Below are positions 1 through 8,059 of a stretch of 64,000 nucleotides of DNA, one piece after another. Numbering within the stretch: the stretch's first letter is position 1; the number at the start of each line of letters is the position of its first letter. This stretch comes from a virus. Lineage: Duplodnaviria; Caudoviricetes. The translations under genes and the position numbers were made by a program. The stretch spans positions 1,306 through 65,305 of the IMG/VR virus record IMGVR_UViG_3300050821_003357, one strand, 5' to 3'. Below the pieces are notes generated by a model. The model had not been told where the DNA came from and made no database searches. It saw only the letters and a program-made list of their open reading frames with translations.

Positions 1-1
1 C

Positions 2-232
2 ATGTCTCAGAAAGTCAAGCAAGTAATACTTGATGAGTGGTTCGAACTCATCATTGCTGATCAACGTATTGCGTCCTCGGTCGAGTTGTTCCCAGAGCGA
101 CTTTGGGAATTAGTCGAGGCTTTGGCACGGGTTGCCTTCGAGTGTGGCGCGTTGGTTGGCGCAAGAGCCAATCCCGGAGAGTTGGAGTGGGTTGATCCGC
201 GAGTAGAGCTTTACCGAAAAGGAATACGATGA
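2..232 (+). CDS. hypothetical protein
   Basis: 76-aa ORF, stop overlaps helicase start (ATGA). Confidence 0.55.
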   Translation: MSQKVKQVILDEWFELIIADQRIASSVELFPERLWELVEALARVAFECGALVGARANPGELEWVDPRVELYRKGIR

Positions 233-1728
233 GCGCGCTTCCAATAGCGATTACTGAGCCACGCGAACTGCGAGATTATCAACTGGAGGCGATTGATCTG
301 CTGAGGGGAAGCTTACGATCCGGCCACCGAAGGCCAGTGCTGCAGGCGCCTACGGCTTTCGGCAAGACGGTATTGGCGTCGCATGTCGTGCGAATGGCAA
401 TGGAGAAGGGCAACCGCATCGTATTTACGGTGCCGGCGATTAGTCTTATCGATCAGACGCTAGAGAGTTTCTGGCGCGATGGGGTGGCGGATGTCGGGGT
501 AATCCAGTCCGACCATCCGGAGACGGACTGGAGTCGTCCGGTGCAGGTCGCCAGTGTGCAGACCCTGGCAAGGCGAGGGTATCCAAAGGCCAATCTGGTT
601 ATCGTGGATGAGTGCCATAGGCAATTCGAGACGATCAACAAATGGCTCCATCATTCTGACTGGCAGCGAGTGCCCTTTATTGGCCTGAGCGCGACTCCTT
701 GGAGTCAGGGGCTGGGCAACCACTATGACGATCTTATTATTTCGCAGACGACACAACAGCTCATCGACGCGGGGTATCTCTCTCGCTACCGGGTGTTTGC
801 ACCATCTCACCCGGACCTGTCGGGCGTGCAGATCCAGCGGGGCGACTACGTCGAATCGCAACTGTCGGACGTGATGTCCAAGGCTGGTTTGGTGGCTGAC
901 GTGGTGGAAACGTGGATTCGCAATGGGGAGAACAGGCCGACGCTGTGCTTTGCGGTCGACTGCGCCCACGCCAAACACTTACAGCAGCGATTCGCGCAGT
1001 CAGGGATCGACTGCGGGTATCAGGATGCTTTCACGGAGGCAAAGGAGCGGGCCGAGATCAAGCGTGATTTCCACAGCGGTCGGTTGAAGGTCGTATGCAA
1101 CGTGGGCACGCTGACCACGGGAGTCGATTGGGACGTGCGGTGCATCATCTTGGCCCGGCCGACACGATCGGAGATCCTTTATGTGCAGATCATTGGCAGG
1201 GGCTTACGAACGGCTGATGGCAAAGCTGATTGCCTGATCCTCGATCACTCTGATTCCACGCAACGGCTGGGATTTGTCACGGACATTTGCCACGATCATC
1301 TCCCGATGGGAAAGGAACGGCCACCGGAAAAGCGCATCGAGGCGCTTCCGAAGGAATGTCCAAGCTGTACGTATTTGATGCCGCCTCGGGTTATGCAGTG
1401 TCCAGCATGCGGCCATACGAGAAAGCCGCCGGTATCTCAGGTGGCGACGAAGCCCGGTGAACTGGTTGAGGTCCGGGGGTTCCAGAAGCAGCGCCAGAAG
1501 GACAAGACGATAGAGCTGAGAGGTCGGTCGATCCCGCTGGCGCAGTTCGCTGGTGAGCTGATGAGCTATGCCAGATTACATGGCTATAAGGCCGGGTGGG
1601 CGGCTCACAAGTACCGGGAGGCGGTAGGCGATTGGCCAAGCAGAGGTGTGCCTGAGATACCGGCGAGCATGGAGGTGATATCGTGGATCAAGAGCCGGGC
1701 TATCGCGTGGGCCAAGGCCAGGCACTAG
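229..1728 (+). CDS. superfamily 2 (DEAD/DEAH-like) DNA helicase with C-terminal Zn ribbon
   Basis: Motifs APTAFGKT, DECH, GLSATP, QIIGRGLR; CPSC..CPAC. Confidence 0.93.
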   Translation: MSALPIAITEPRELRDYQLEAIDLLRGSLRSGHRRPVLQAPTAFGKTVLASHVVRMAMEKGNRIVFTVPAISLIDQTLESFWRDGVADVGVIQSDHPETDWSRPVQVASVQTLARRGYPKANLVIVDECHRQFETINKWLHHSDWQRVPFIGLSATPWSQGLGNHYDDLIISQTTQQLIDAGYLSRYRVFAPSHPDLSGVQIQRGDYVESQLSDVMSKAGLVADVVETWIRNGENRPTLCFAVDCAHAKHLQQRFAQSGIDCGYQDAFTEAKERAEIKRDFHSGRLKVVCNVGTLTTGVDWDVRCIILARPTRSEILYVQIIGRGLRTADGKADCLILDHSDSTQRLGFVTDICHDHLPMGKERPPEKRIEALPKECPSCTYLMPPRVMQCPACGHTRKPPVSQVATKPGELVEVRGFQKQRQKDKTIELRGRSIPLAQFAGELMSYARLHGYKAGWAAHKYREAVGDWPSRGVPEIPASMEVISWIKSRAIAWAKARH

Positions 1729-1747
1729 TCTGTGCGCACATTACCAA

Positions 1748-2067
1748 GTGAGACTCAGTAGACGGTGTGAAGGGGCCAACCTTTTGGCTGCTTACGGTCG
1801 ACTCGGGCAGGCGGGGATCGAACCCGCGCCCCTCCATCTGATGTGCCTCAGCGATAGTACTGAGGCAGCAACTCGACATACTCTGCCACGCGCTTTTCTG
1901 CGGCCTCTCGCGTCGGATAGGTATCGCTTATCCGCTCCGCATACCCGTTGATCAGGCAGTATCCGATCACGGGGTAATCCGGGTATGACCCATGCACTTC
2001 GGTAACGGTCGGGCGATTGATTAGTAACTCGTTCATTTGGCTTCTCCTATGTGTGAGACTCAGTAGA
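1748..2067. repeat. 15-bp direct repeat GTGAGACTCAGTAGA (1748-1762, 2053-2067)
   Basis: Exact copies flanking ORF 1848-2036; contains palindrome TGAG-A-CTCA. Confidence 0.85.
1848..2036 (-). CDS. small hypothetical protein
   Basis: AGGAGA RBS before ATG; last gene of leftward operon. Confidence 0.7.
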   Translation of the reverse strand: MNELLINRPTVTEVHGSYPDYPVIGYCLINGYAERISDTYPTREAAEKRVAEYVELLPQYYR

Positions 2068-2078
2068 GGGTGACGGAC

Positions 2079-2291
2079 TCAGCGACCGCCACCCAACAGG
2101 CGAGTCCAAGTGTTGCTGGTACGCCTTGCCTGCGCCGCTATCAGTTTCCGCTCTTGCGCTGGTGACGGCGGAGAGGCGGTCCAATCGGCTAGAGCCTTAC
2201 GACACAGTGGGAGATCTCCATAGTAGACCGTTTCGCCAGCATCGTTGCGGATCGTGCCGCGATTTCCATAAATATCGAGATGATAGGTCAT
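2079..2291 (-). CDS. small hypothetical protein (start MTYHLDIYG)
   Basis: GGAGGA RBS upstream of ATG 2291. Confidence 0.7.
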   Translation of the reverse strand: MTYHLDIYGNRGTIRNDAGETVYYGDLPLCRKALADWTASPPSPAQERKLIAAQARRTSNTWTRLLGGGR

Positions 2292-2320
2292 TGGTTCCTC
2301 CGTCTCTGATGAAAGTGGGT

Positions 2321-2503
2321 TTAGCGGGATGCGGTCTTTTTCAGATACAGCGTCCACTGGCGAGCAAGCCGCGTAGCAATCGCCCGCGTCCTCGCCACGC
2401 CTGTTTTAAGGTTCTCGGTCGGCTCGCCATACGCGAACGAATAGACGCGCCAGCCGTAGCCTTCTGCCGTCTTCTGCGTATTCCAGCTAATCACTCGGGT
2501 CAT
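2321..2503 (-). CDS. small hypothetical protein
   Basis: AGGAG RBS; 60 aa. Confidence 0.7.
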   Translation of the reverse strand: MTRVISWNTQKTAEGYGWRVYSFAYGEPTENLKTGVARTRAIATRLARQWTLYLKKTASR

Positions 2504-2518
2504 GGGTTTCGCTCCTGC

Positions 2519-2710
2519 TCATCCGTTCGTCAGAAACGCGCGATCCTTGCGGACGCGCCCCTCACTCTCGATCCAGCGACCGCAAATTTCTTCCATGTAG
2601 CTGTACACGTAAGACCCCTTTGTTTCTCTCACCAAAGTGCCGAGCCTTTGGCCGTCCGCCACTGCTGGGGTTGCTCCGTCTGCTAGCGCCTTCCATACGA
2701 TTTCGGTCAT
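2519..2710 (-). CDS. small hypothetical protein (start MTEIVWK)
   Basis: AGGA RBS and ATG lie inside the hammerhead ribozyme. Confidence 0.65.
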   Translation of the reverse strand: MTEIVWKALADGATPAVADGQRLGTLVRETKGSYVYSYMEEICGRWIESEGRVRKDRAFLTNG

Positions 2711-2763
2711 GGGTTTCGTCCTTTTGGAACTCATCGGCGGCAGCACACACTGCCGGACCCTTG
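2708..2763 (-). ncRNA. type III hammerhead ribozyme (U4C core variant)
   Basis: CAAGGGUC^CGGCAG-UGUGUG-CUGCCG-CCGAUGA-GUUC-CAAAA-GGAC-GAAACCCAUG: stems I-III pair, GUC triplet, GAAA core. Confidence 0.85.
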
Positions 2764-2800
2764 CCTGCAGTCCGTATTTCTCGGATCTCGCTCCCGGCCT

Positions 2801-3151
2801 TTACAGGTGCTTCCGGAGATACGCTTGCCAAATCTCTACCTGGGGGCTTTCAAGGTAGCTGATTGCGATATTGCAGCGGTCGCAGAGGAGTTCTCGCACT
2901 TTCATGCTGTTGTGATCGTGATCAACGCATAAGCCACCCTTTTTGTTTGGTGGGCCTCCACAACACGCACATAAGCCGTTTTGGGCGGCTACCATTTGGT
3001 CATAGTCCTCTGCGGTGATGCCGTAGAGTCGCGGCAGATTGTGCTTGCGCTGATTGCCGCGCCGAGCATGTCGAGCGCGCTCTCGTTCGGGGTGGCGCTC
3101 CCGGTCTGCCTTATCCCATGCGTGTTTGGTGTCTAGATCCTTGAAAGCCAT
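2801..3151 (-). CDS. endonuclease VII-like HNH nuclease
   Basis: YGIT..Y..M...Q.G.CACC, LCVDHDH, VRELLCDRCN. Confidence 0.88.
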   Translation of the reverse strand: MAFKDLDTKHAWDKADRERHPERERARHARRGNQRKHNLPRLYGITAEDYDQMVAAQNGLCACCGGPPNKKGGLCVDHDHNSMKVRELLCDRCNIAISYLESPQVEIWQAYLRKHL

Positions 3152-3236
3152 ATCTTGCCTCTTTGCTGGCGTACCGTCTCTCTCGGTCCTCGGTCCGGGC
3201 CTTTAACCGGGCTGGCGTCGTTCTCTTGTGATGAGG

Positions 3237-3265
3237 AATATAGTGGTTCGGTTAAATCGCGTCAA
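3237..3265 (-). promoter_or_regulatory. sigma70-type promoter for leftward operon
   Basis: TTGACG-N17-TATATT on minus strand. Confidence 0.75.
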
Positions 3266-3270
3266 CCCTC

Positions 3271-3301
3271 TTGATAAAATATTTTGTCTCTTCTATATAA
3301 T
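3271..3301 (+). promoter_or_regulatory. divergent sigma70-type promoter
   Basis: TTGATA-N17-TATATA(AT) a few nt before ATG 3307. Confidence 0.55.
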
Positions 3302-3306
3302 TTCGT

Positions 3307-3549
3307 ATGTCGAGGATCACAGACGCTCTCAGAATGGCGCGTTTAGAGGCGCGCATCCCCCAACGCGAGCTTGCCACGATGCTAGGCATATCATCGGCCT
3401 TTTTGAGTAGCATCGAGCAAGCGCGAAACGGCGCACGTTTGCCGCCATACCTTTACGAGAAACTACCCACGGTAATCCGAAATGCGGTCATAGACGCAGC
3501 GATTGTCGAACTGAGGGTCGAAATCGACAAGCTGGAGGCTATGCGATGA
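3307..3549 (+). CDS. XRE-family helix-turn-helix regulator
   Basis: LRMARLEARIPQRELATMLGISSAFLSSIE. Confidence 0.88.
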   Translation: MSRITDALRMARLEARIPQRELATMLGISSAFLSSIEQARNGARLPPYLYEKLPTVIRNAVIDAAIVELRVEIDKLEAMR

Positions 3550-3779
3550 GCGACAGAGTGCTGACCGATCGCGAAGGAGGGGCTACCCCGACGACAATAG
3601 GACTAATCTTTGGCTGCGGGTGGTTCTTGTCGATTGTGGCTCTTGTGCCGGCGATTCAAGAGAATACTCCCGATGCCCGAGCAGGTTGCCTGATACTTGC
3701 CGCGATGGGGGCAGTTGTTATGGGAATCGCTGTCGGCTTGGCGATGAAGAAGCTGGAGGTACTAGCGATCAAGCCGTAA
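3546..3779 (+). CDS. small 2-TM membrane protein
   Basis: Two hydrophobic segments; ATGA overlap. Confidence 0.65.
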   Translation: MSDRVLTDREGGATPTTIGLIFGCGWFLSIVALVPAIQENTPDARAGCLILAAMGAVVMGIAVGLAMKKLEVLAIKP

Positions 3780-3799
3780 ATGCAGTAATACCTAACCGC

Positions 3800-3931
3800 A
3801 TGACAGAACAGACAGACCTCATCTCCCCAAAACCATGCCGTTGGTGGCGGCGTTGGTTCTGCAAAGCAGAGCAAGAGCCTATCTATCATTCCTGGCGTTG
3901 TCTCGTATGCCGGAGAATGTTTTATGACTGA
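3800..3931 (+). CDS. small Cys-rich hypothetical protein
   Basis: 43 aa, begins MTEQTDLISP like the next gene. Confidence 0.45.
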   Translation: MTEQTDLISPKPCRWWRRWFCKAEQEPIYHSWRCLVCRRMFYD

Positions 3932-4451
3932 AGTGCCCGACCTCATCTCCCCAACACCGGAGCGTATGCGCCGTGGTTCAGTAGCGTTGTTGGAAAGGCA
4001 GATCGAGCGCCGCGACGAAACAGAATTCGGGATCCCGCACATTGCGATCGATCTGTTAGTGAGGATGGAAGGCAACAACAGAATCAACCGCGATGAGCGG
4101 GTCGCCGGCGAGCGATTTCGCGATTGGTTCCGACTGGCGCAGCTCGACAGTCTGAAAGCGGCTGATATGGCTCGGCCATATGTCGACGGCGGTGGAGCAA
4201 TTCCAGAACTGGAACCGCATAACGAACGCGCCCGCAACGAAATAACGAGAGCGATTCGCTGGGTGGGCGGAATAGGCTCTTCCGCCGGCTCATGCTTATG
4301 GCACGTTATTGGCTTGGATGAATCCCTGCGCAAATGGGCTATTCTGCAAAGCAGAAGCCTTGATCACAAGGGCGCCGCGGTCATCCTAGCGATTGCTCTC
4401 GAAAGACTGGCGCGCATGCCTTGGCGAGGACCGCACGAAAACACGCCTTGA
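3924..4451 (+). CDS. putative late transcription regulator (DUF6456-like)
   Basis: AGERFRDWF, LWHVIGLDESL, LAIALERLA; directly upstream of terS. Confidence 0.6.
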   Translation: MTEVPDLISPTPERMRRGSVALLERQIERRDETEFGIPHIAIDLLVRMEGNNRINRDERVAGERFRDWFRLAQLDSLKAADMARPYVDGGGAIPELEPHNERARNEITRAIRWVGGIGSSAGSCLWHVIGLDESLRKWAILQSRSLDHKGAAVILAIALERLARMPWRGPHENTP

Positions 4452-4624
4452 CATACGAATTTAAAATGCCCGATCCCCTGCCGTGGGCAGACTGTGCGGG
4501 AGAGGGATTGCCCGGACTTCCCCTGATATATCGCACGATCTGCGGTCACATCCGCATCATCGTCTATGAGAGCACCCCAGACGTAGCAGTGAGAATGGCG
4601 GACTACATCGAAAACACCCCTTGA
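4448..4624 (+). CDS. small hypothetical protein
   Basis: ORF between two copies of a 19-bp repeat; ends ENTP like upstream gene. Confidence 0.45.
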   Translation: MTYEFKMPDPLPWADCAGEGLPGLPLIYRTICGHIRIIVYESTPDVAVRMADYIENTP

Positions 4625-4651
4625 CATTGGCCCCAAAACATGCGCTACACA
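4621..4651 (+). promoter_or_regulatory. candidate late promoter
   Basis: TTGACA followed by GCTACAC (alphaproteobacterial -10-like) upstream of terS. Confidence 0.4.
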
Positions 4652-4723
4652 CGCATCCTGTAGAATTATCTGCGACCCTTAAACATGCGCGAGCTATCTG
4701 CACAAAGAATGCGTTGATTTGCG

Positions 4724-5044
4724 ATGGCCGGCATAGGCGGTAAAACTCGCACATCTGGTCAAGGCAGGCCTAAGGGCACGCCTAACAAAGTCACCCGCGA
4801 CATCCGCGAGATGCTTCGGGCCTCGCTCGACAAGGTCGGCGGGGTGGCATATCTGGTGCGCCAAGCTGAGGCTAACCCGGCGTCATACATGGCACTAATC
4901 GGTAAGATTGTTCCTGCCCAGGTCGAGGCTACTATCCGCCGCGAACTCCCGGAAATGACCCGCGATGAACTACTCGTCCTCCTCAATAGCACAAGAGCTG
5001 CTGCTGAGAATGGACGGGGAGGCGAGTCTCGTAAGGTTCATTGA
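4724..5044 (+). CDS. terS: terminase small subunit
   Basis: GRPKGTPNKVT N-terminus; precedes and overlaps terL. Confidence 0.75.
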   Translation: MAGIGGKTRTSGQGRPKGTPNKVTRDIREMLRASLDKVGGVAYLVRQAEANPASYMALIGKIVPAQVEATIRRELPEMTRDELLVLLNSTRAAAENGRGGESRKVH

Positions 5045-6449
5045 GTTAGTTTCACCCGACACCAAGCCGGCGCGTCACCATCGGCTGCTGCTCTCCCGCC
5101 TCGAGGCTTTGGAGCGGGGCGAGATCACGCGGCTGATGATCTTCATGCCGCCAGGCTCAGCGAAGAGCACCTATGCATCTATCCTATTCCCTCCGTGGTT
5201 TCTTGGCAGAAACGCTCAGCGATCTGTTATCGGTGCAAGTCACTCAGGGGAACTTGCCGAACGATTTGGCCGCCGCGTGCGAAACCTTGTCGGCTCAACA
5301 GACTTCCGCCGAGTTTTCGGCTTCGGTCTATCGGGGGATAATGCAGCTGCTGGCCGTTGGGAAACGGAGCGAGGTGGAGAATATTATGCGGTGGGCGTTG
5401 ACGCTTCCGTTACCGGAAGGCGAGCTGACCTCGGGATTATCGACGATCCCGTAAAGGGCCGCGCCGAGGCCGACAGCCAGACGATCCGCGATCGTATCTG
5501 GGACTGGTATCGGTCGGACTTCTGGCCGCGTCTCAAGCCGGGCGGGCGGATCGTGCTGATCATGACCCGGTGGCATGAAGACGATCTAGCTGGGCGCTTA
5601 ATCGCAGAGCAGGACGGTGGCGGCGAGCGCTGGGAGGTGCTTTCGCTTCCGGCCGAGGCTAGGCCAGGGGATGCGCTAGGGCGCGCCGTAGGAGAGCCGC
5701 TATGGCCTGAGTGGTTCGGGACGGCGATCTTTGCGGAGGCGAAGCGTGATCCGCGGAACTGGTCTGCGCTGTACCAGCAGGAGCCGACCCCAGAGAGCGG
5801 GGAGTATTTCAAGAATGAGTGGATCAGATGGTATGACCATGCCCCGCCCCGAGACCATATGCAGATCTACGGAGCCAGTGATTACGCTGTCACGGCAGCT
5901 GGTGGTGATTACACGGTTCACGGTGTCGTCGGAATCGACCCTCATGATGATCTCTACATCCTCGACCTGTGGCGAGATCAGTCCGCGTCTGACGTATGGG
6001 TCGAAGCCTTCCTCGACCTGATCGAGCGTTGGGGTCCGATCATGTGGGCGGAGGAGCAAGGGCAGATCATCCGCTCGCTAGGTCCGTACATCGTTAAGCG
6101 CCAGCTAGAGCGCCGGCTGTTCAAGACGTATCGCAAGCAATACTCCTCGGCACATGACAAACCGACGCGGGCGCAGTCCATCCGAGGTCGGATGGCGATG
6201 GGCAAGGTCTACTTTCCACGCAGAGCGCCATGGGCGGCTGATTTGGTATCGGAGCTGCTACGGTTCCCGGCTGGTAAGAATGACGATCAAGTGGACATGC
6301 TGAGCCTTGTGGGGCGCATGCTGGATCGTCAGGTGGCGGGTGAGGTTCCGAAGGCGTCAGAGCCGATGCGCGGGCTCAACGAGATGACGATGGACGAGGT
6401 GTGGGATCGGGCTCGTCCGGTGATGGCGCATCATGAGCGGGCTTGGTAG
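4965..6449 (+). CDS. terL: terminase large subunit
   Basis: MPPGSAKST, GRRADLGIIDDPVKG, MTRWHEDDLAG, FPAGKNDDQVD. Confidence 0.96.
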   Translation: MNYSSSSIAQELLLRMDGEASLVRFIELVSPDTKPARHHRLLLSRLEALERGEITRLMIFMPPGSAKSTYASILFPPWFLGRNAQRSVIGASHSGELAERFGRRVRNLVGSTDFRRVFGFGLSGDNAAAGRWETERGGEYYAVGVDASVTGRRADLGIIDDPVKGRAEADSQTIRDRIWDWYRSDFWPRLKPGGRIVLIMTRWHEDDLAGRLIAEQDGGGERWEVLSLPAEARPGDALGRAVGEPLWPEWFGTAIFAEAKRDPRNWSALYQQEPTPESGEYFKNEWIRWYDHAPPRDHMQIYGASDYAVTAAGGDYTVHGVVGIDPHDDLYILDLWRDQSASDVWVEAFLDLIERWGPIMWAEEQGQIIRSLGPYIVKRQLERRLFKTYRKQYSSAHDKPTRAQSIRGRMAMGKVYFPRRAPWAADLVSELLRFPAGKNDDQVDMLSLVGRMLDRQVAGEVPKASEPMRGLNEMTMDEVWDRARPVMAHHERAW

Positions 6450-6572
6450 CTTCCTCGATCCGAAGCTGCGGAAAACCGGCCCATCTGCGTATTAGGTTTC
6501 CGAGGGGCCAGGATGCCACTACTATCGCGACTCCCGCATACATCCCCCAAAGAAAGCCAGCGTCCCACGCGC

Positions 6573-6743
6573 TCATCGTTGATCGGAAAGCTTGTAGGGG
6601 ACGCAGACGGAGACGGAGCCATTTATGATCACGTATCCCGGCCCGCAAATCTTCTCCGACCGCTCCAGCCAGCTTTTGTCGGATGACTGATCGCAGCTTG
6701 CGAGCGCGACCAAGACGAGTGCCGCGGCGATGGTTCTGATCAA
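6573..6743 (-). CDS. small putative lipoprotein
   Basis: IRTIAAALVLVALASC lipobox-like; TTG start. Confidence 0.5.
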   Translation of the reverse strand: MIRTIAAALVLVALASCDQSSDKSWLERSEKICGPGYVIINGSVSVCVPYKLSDQR

Positions 6744-7021
6744 GATCCCTGTTCCTTCCTCTCCCGCCACCGTTTTACCCGCGCCGCGTCCTGTGCCCGA
6801 CGACGATCACAATACTCACACTGCCCAGGAGGGGCCAATGTCCCGCCTTCCGGGGTCGCTACAGGCTTGACGGCGAAAGTTTGGGGGGCGGCCACTTCGA
6901 TGATCGGGGGAGCTGGAGGTCGCGTGTCGATAAGCGGGTGTCGCGCAATGACCTCGACCGAGGTGCGGCATACGTGGTTCCACTCGGCTTTCCAGCAGAC
7001 GCGGCAGATCGGTGGCTTCAT
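6740..7021 (-). CDS. small Cys-containing basic protein
   Basis: CRVC..H.C and CEYC, basic tail RVKRWRERK. Confidence 0.6.
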   Translation of the reverse strand: MKPPICRVCWKAEWNHVCRTSVEVIARHPLIDTRPPAPPIIEVAAPQTFAVKPVATPEGGTLAPPGQCEYCDRRRAQDAARVKRWRERKEQGS

Positions 7022-7065
7022 ACCCGTAACGTGACATTCAGGGCGTAACGTTTCAATGGCCCAGC

Positions 7066-7263
7066 TTAATCACCCACGTCAATCAGACCCTTCCTGACAC
7101 AATGAAAGGTCTCGCCCCCCTCTGGGGTGACGCGCGACGTATGCTCCATCCGGTAAATACCCACCCCGACACAGTCGCCTTCGGTCTGGTATATCTCAAT
7201 CGGGTGATCGGTGCCGCTCAAGATCCAATGCGCGACAAGCACCCAAACAATCACAGGATTCAT
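7066..7263 (-). CDS. small hypothetical (exported?) protein
   Basis: Hydrophobic N-terminus, AGGA RBS. Confidence 0.5.
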   Translation of the reverse strand: MNPVIVWVLVAHWILSGTDHPIEIYQTEGDCVGVGIYRMEHTSRVTPEGGETFHCVRKGLIDVGD

Positions 7264-7658
7264 GGTTGATCCTTCTGTGCTGCGCGTCTGCGGCGCATAT
7301 ACTCACGCTGGTAGGTTTTGCGGTCGAATTTGGGTCGAGGCTCTGGTTCTAGCGAGGATTGAGATGGCGCGGTGTCAGGCTTGCCGGGGTTCGAGGAAAA
7401 TGCGGGTTCCGAATGCCTTAACTCAGTTGCCTTATTGGGTAGAGGTTCCGTGTCTGGCGTGCGGTGGCTCGGGCTGGGAGCATTGCTGCGAGGGGGATCG
7501 GGCACAGCCCTCGGATAGCGCTCCGGAAGTCCAAGTTCATTCTCGATCGGCCATCGCGGCTCGCTCTCGAACATTAACTTGATGATGGGATCAGAGAATG
7601 TGTGCGGCTCATAGCGATTGTGCCGATTGCCGCAGAGCTTGCACATCGGGGCTAGCAT
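7260..7658 (-). CDS. small protein with CxxC-H-H and basic tail
   Basis: CKLCGNRH...PH; FDRKTYQREYMRRRR. Confidence 0.6.
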   Translation of the reverse strand: MLAPMCKLCGNRHNRYEPHTFSDPIIKLMFESEPRWPIENELGLPERYPRAVPDPPRSNAPSPSHRTPDTEPLPNKATELRHSEPAFSSNPGKPDTAPSQSSLEPEPRPKFDRKTYQREYMRRRRAAQKDQP

Positions 7659-7708
7659 GATCCTGATTAGCACAATCGAGGTTTATCAGCAAAGAGGAGT
7701 GTTATGCG

Positions 7709-7873
7709 ATGCAGTCTGACCACAAAGCGATCAAGAGCCTAGAGGAGCGGGTCGAGGAGCTTGAGACGCGGCTAGAGGCTCTGGAGAATCATCCGGGGAT
7801 CAAGGCGATTGCCTCGAAGCCGGCGAGCCATTGGGGTGTTGAGGAGGCAGTGACCGAGCCCGAGCTGGCTTAG
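7709..7873 (+). CDS. small coiled-coil protein
   Basis: GAGGAG RBS; MQSDHKAIKSLEERVEELETRLEALE (below ORF-track cutoff). Confidence 0.55.
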   Translation: MQSDHKAIKSLEERVEELETRLEALENHPGIKAIASKPASHWGVEEAVTEPELA

Positions 7874-7882
7874 TAGAGCCAT

Positions 7883-8059
7883 ATGAAGTGGCTGCGCGCG
7901 CGTCTAGCTGAGCCGTCGACCTATGGCGGGCTGGCGGGGCTGTGCATGATGGTCGGGATGTGGTCCTTCACGTTCTGGCCGCACTGGCGGCTGATGATCT
8001 ACGCGGCGGGAGTGTTGTTCATCGTCCAGGCGATCAAGGCTGAGCGCGGCGGCAAATGA
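7883..8059 (+). CDS. small 2-TM holin-like protein
   Basis: MKWLRARLAEPSTYGGLAGL..., 58 aa, ATGA overlap with next gene. Confidence 0.55.
   Translation: MKWLRARLAEPSTYGGLAGLCMMVGMWSFTFWPHWRLMIYAAGVLFIVQAIKAERGGK

Noticed and set aside
2306-2330. CTGATGA hammerhead core on plus strand (also at 1558, 11041, 60158)
   Set aside because: No stem II plus GAAA or flanking stems
3184-3204. HDV-like ribozyme on plus strand (CGG-UCCUCGGU-CCG)
   Set aside because: P1 is imperfect, no GG for P1.1, no P2/P4; opposite to transcription
6376-6648. ORF after terL (plus 6443-6628 or minus 6376-6648)
   Set aside because: Cannot tell which strand is coding; LRIRFP resemblance to a coat motif is too short
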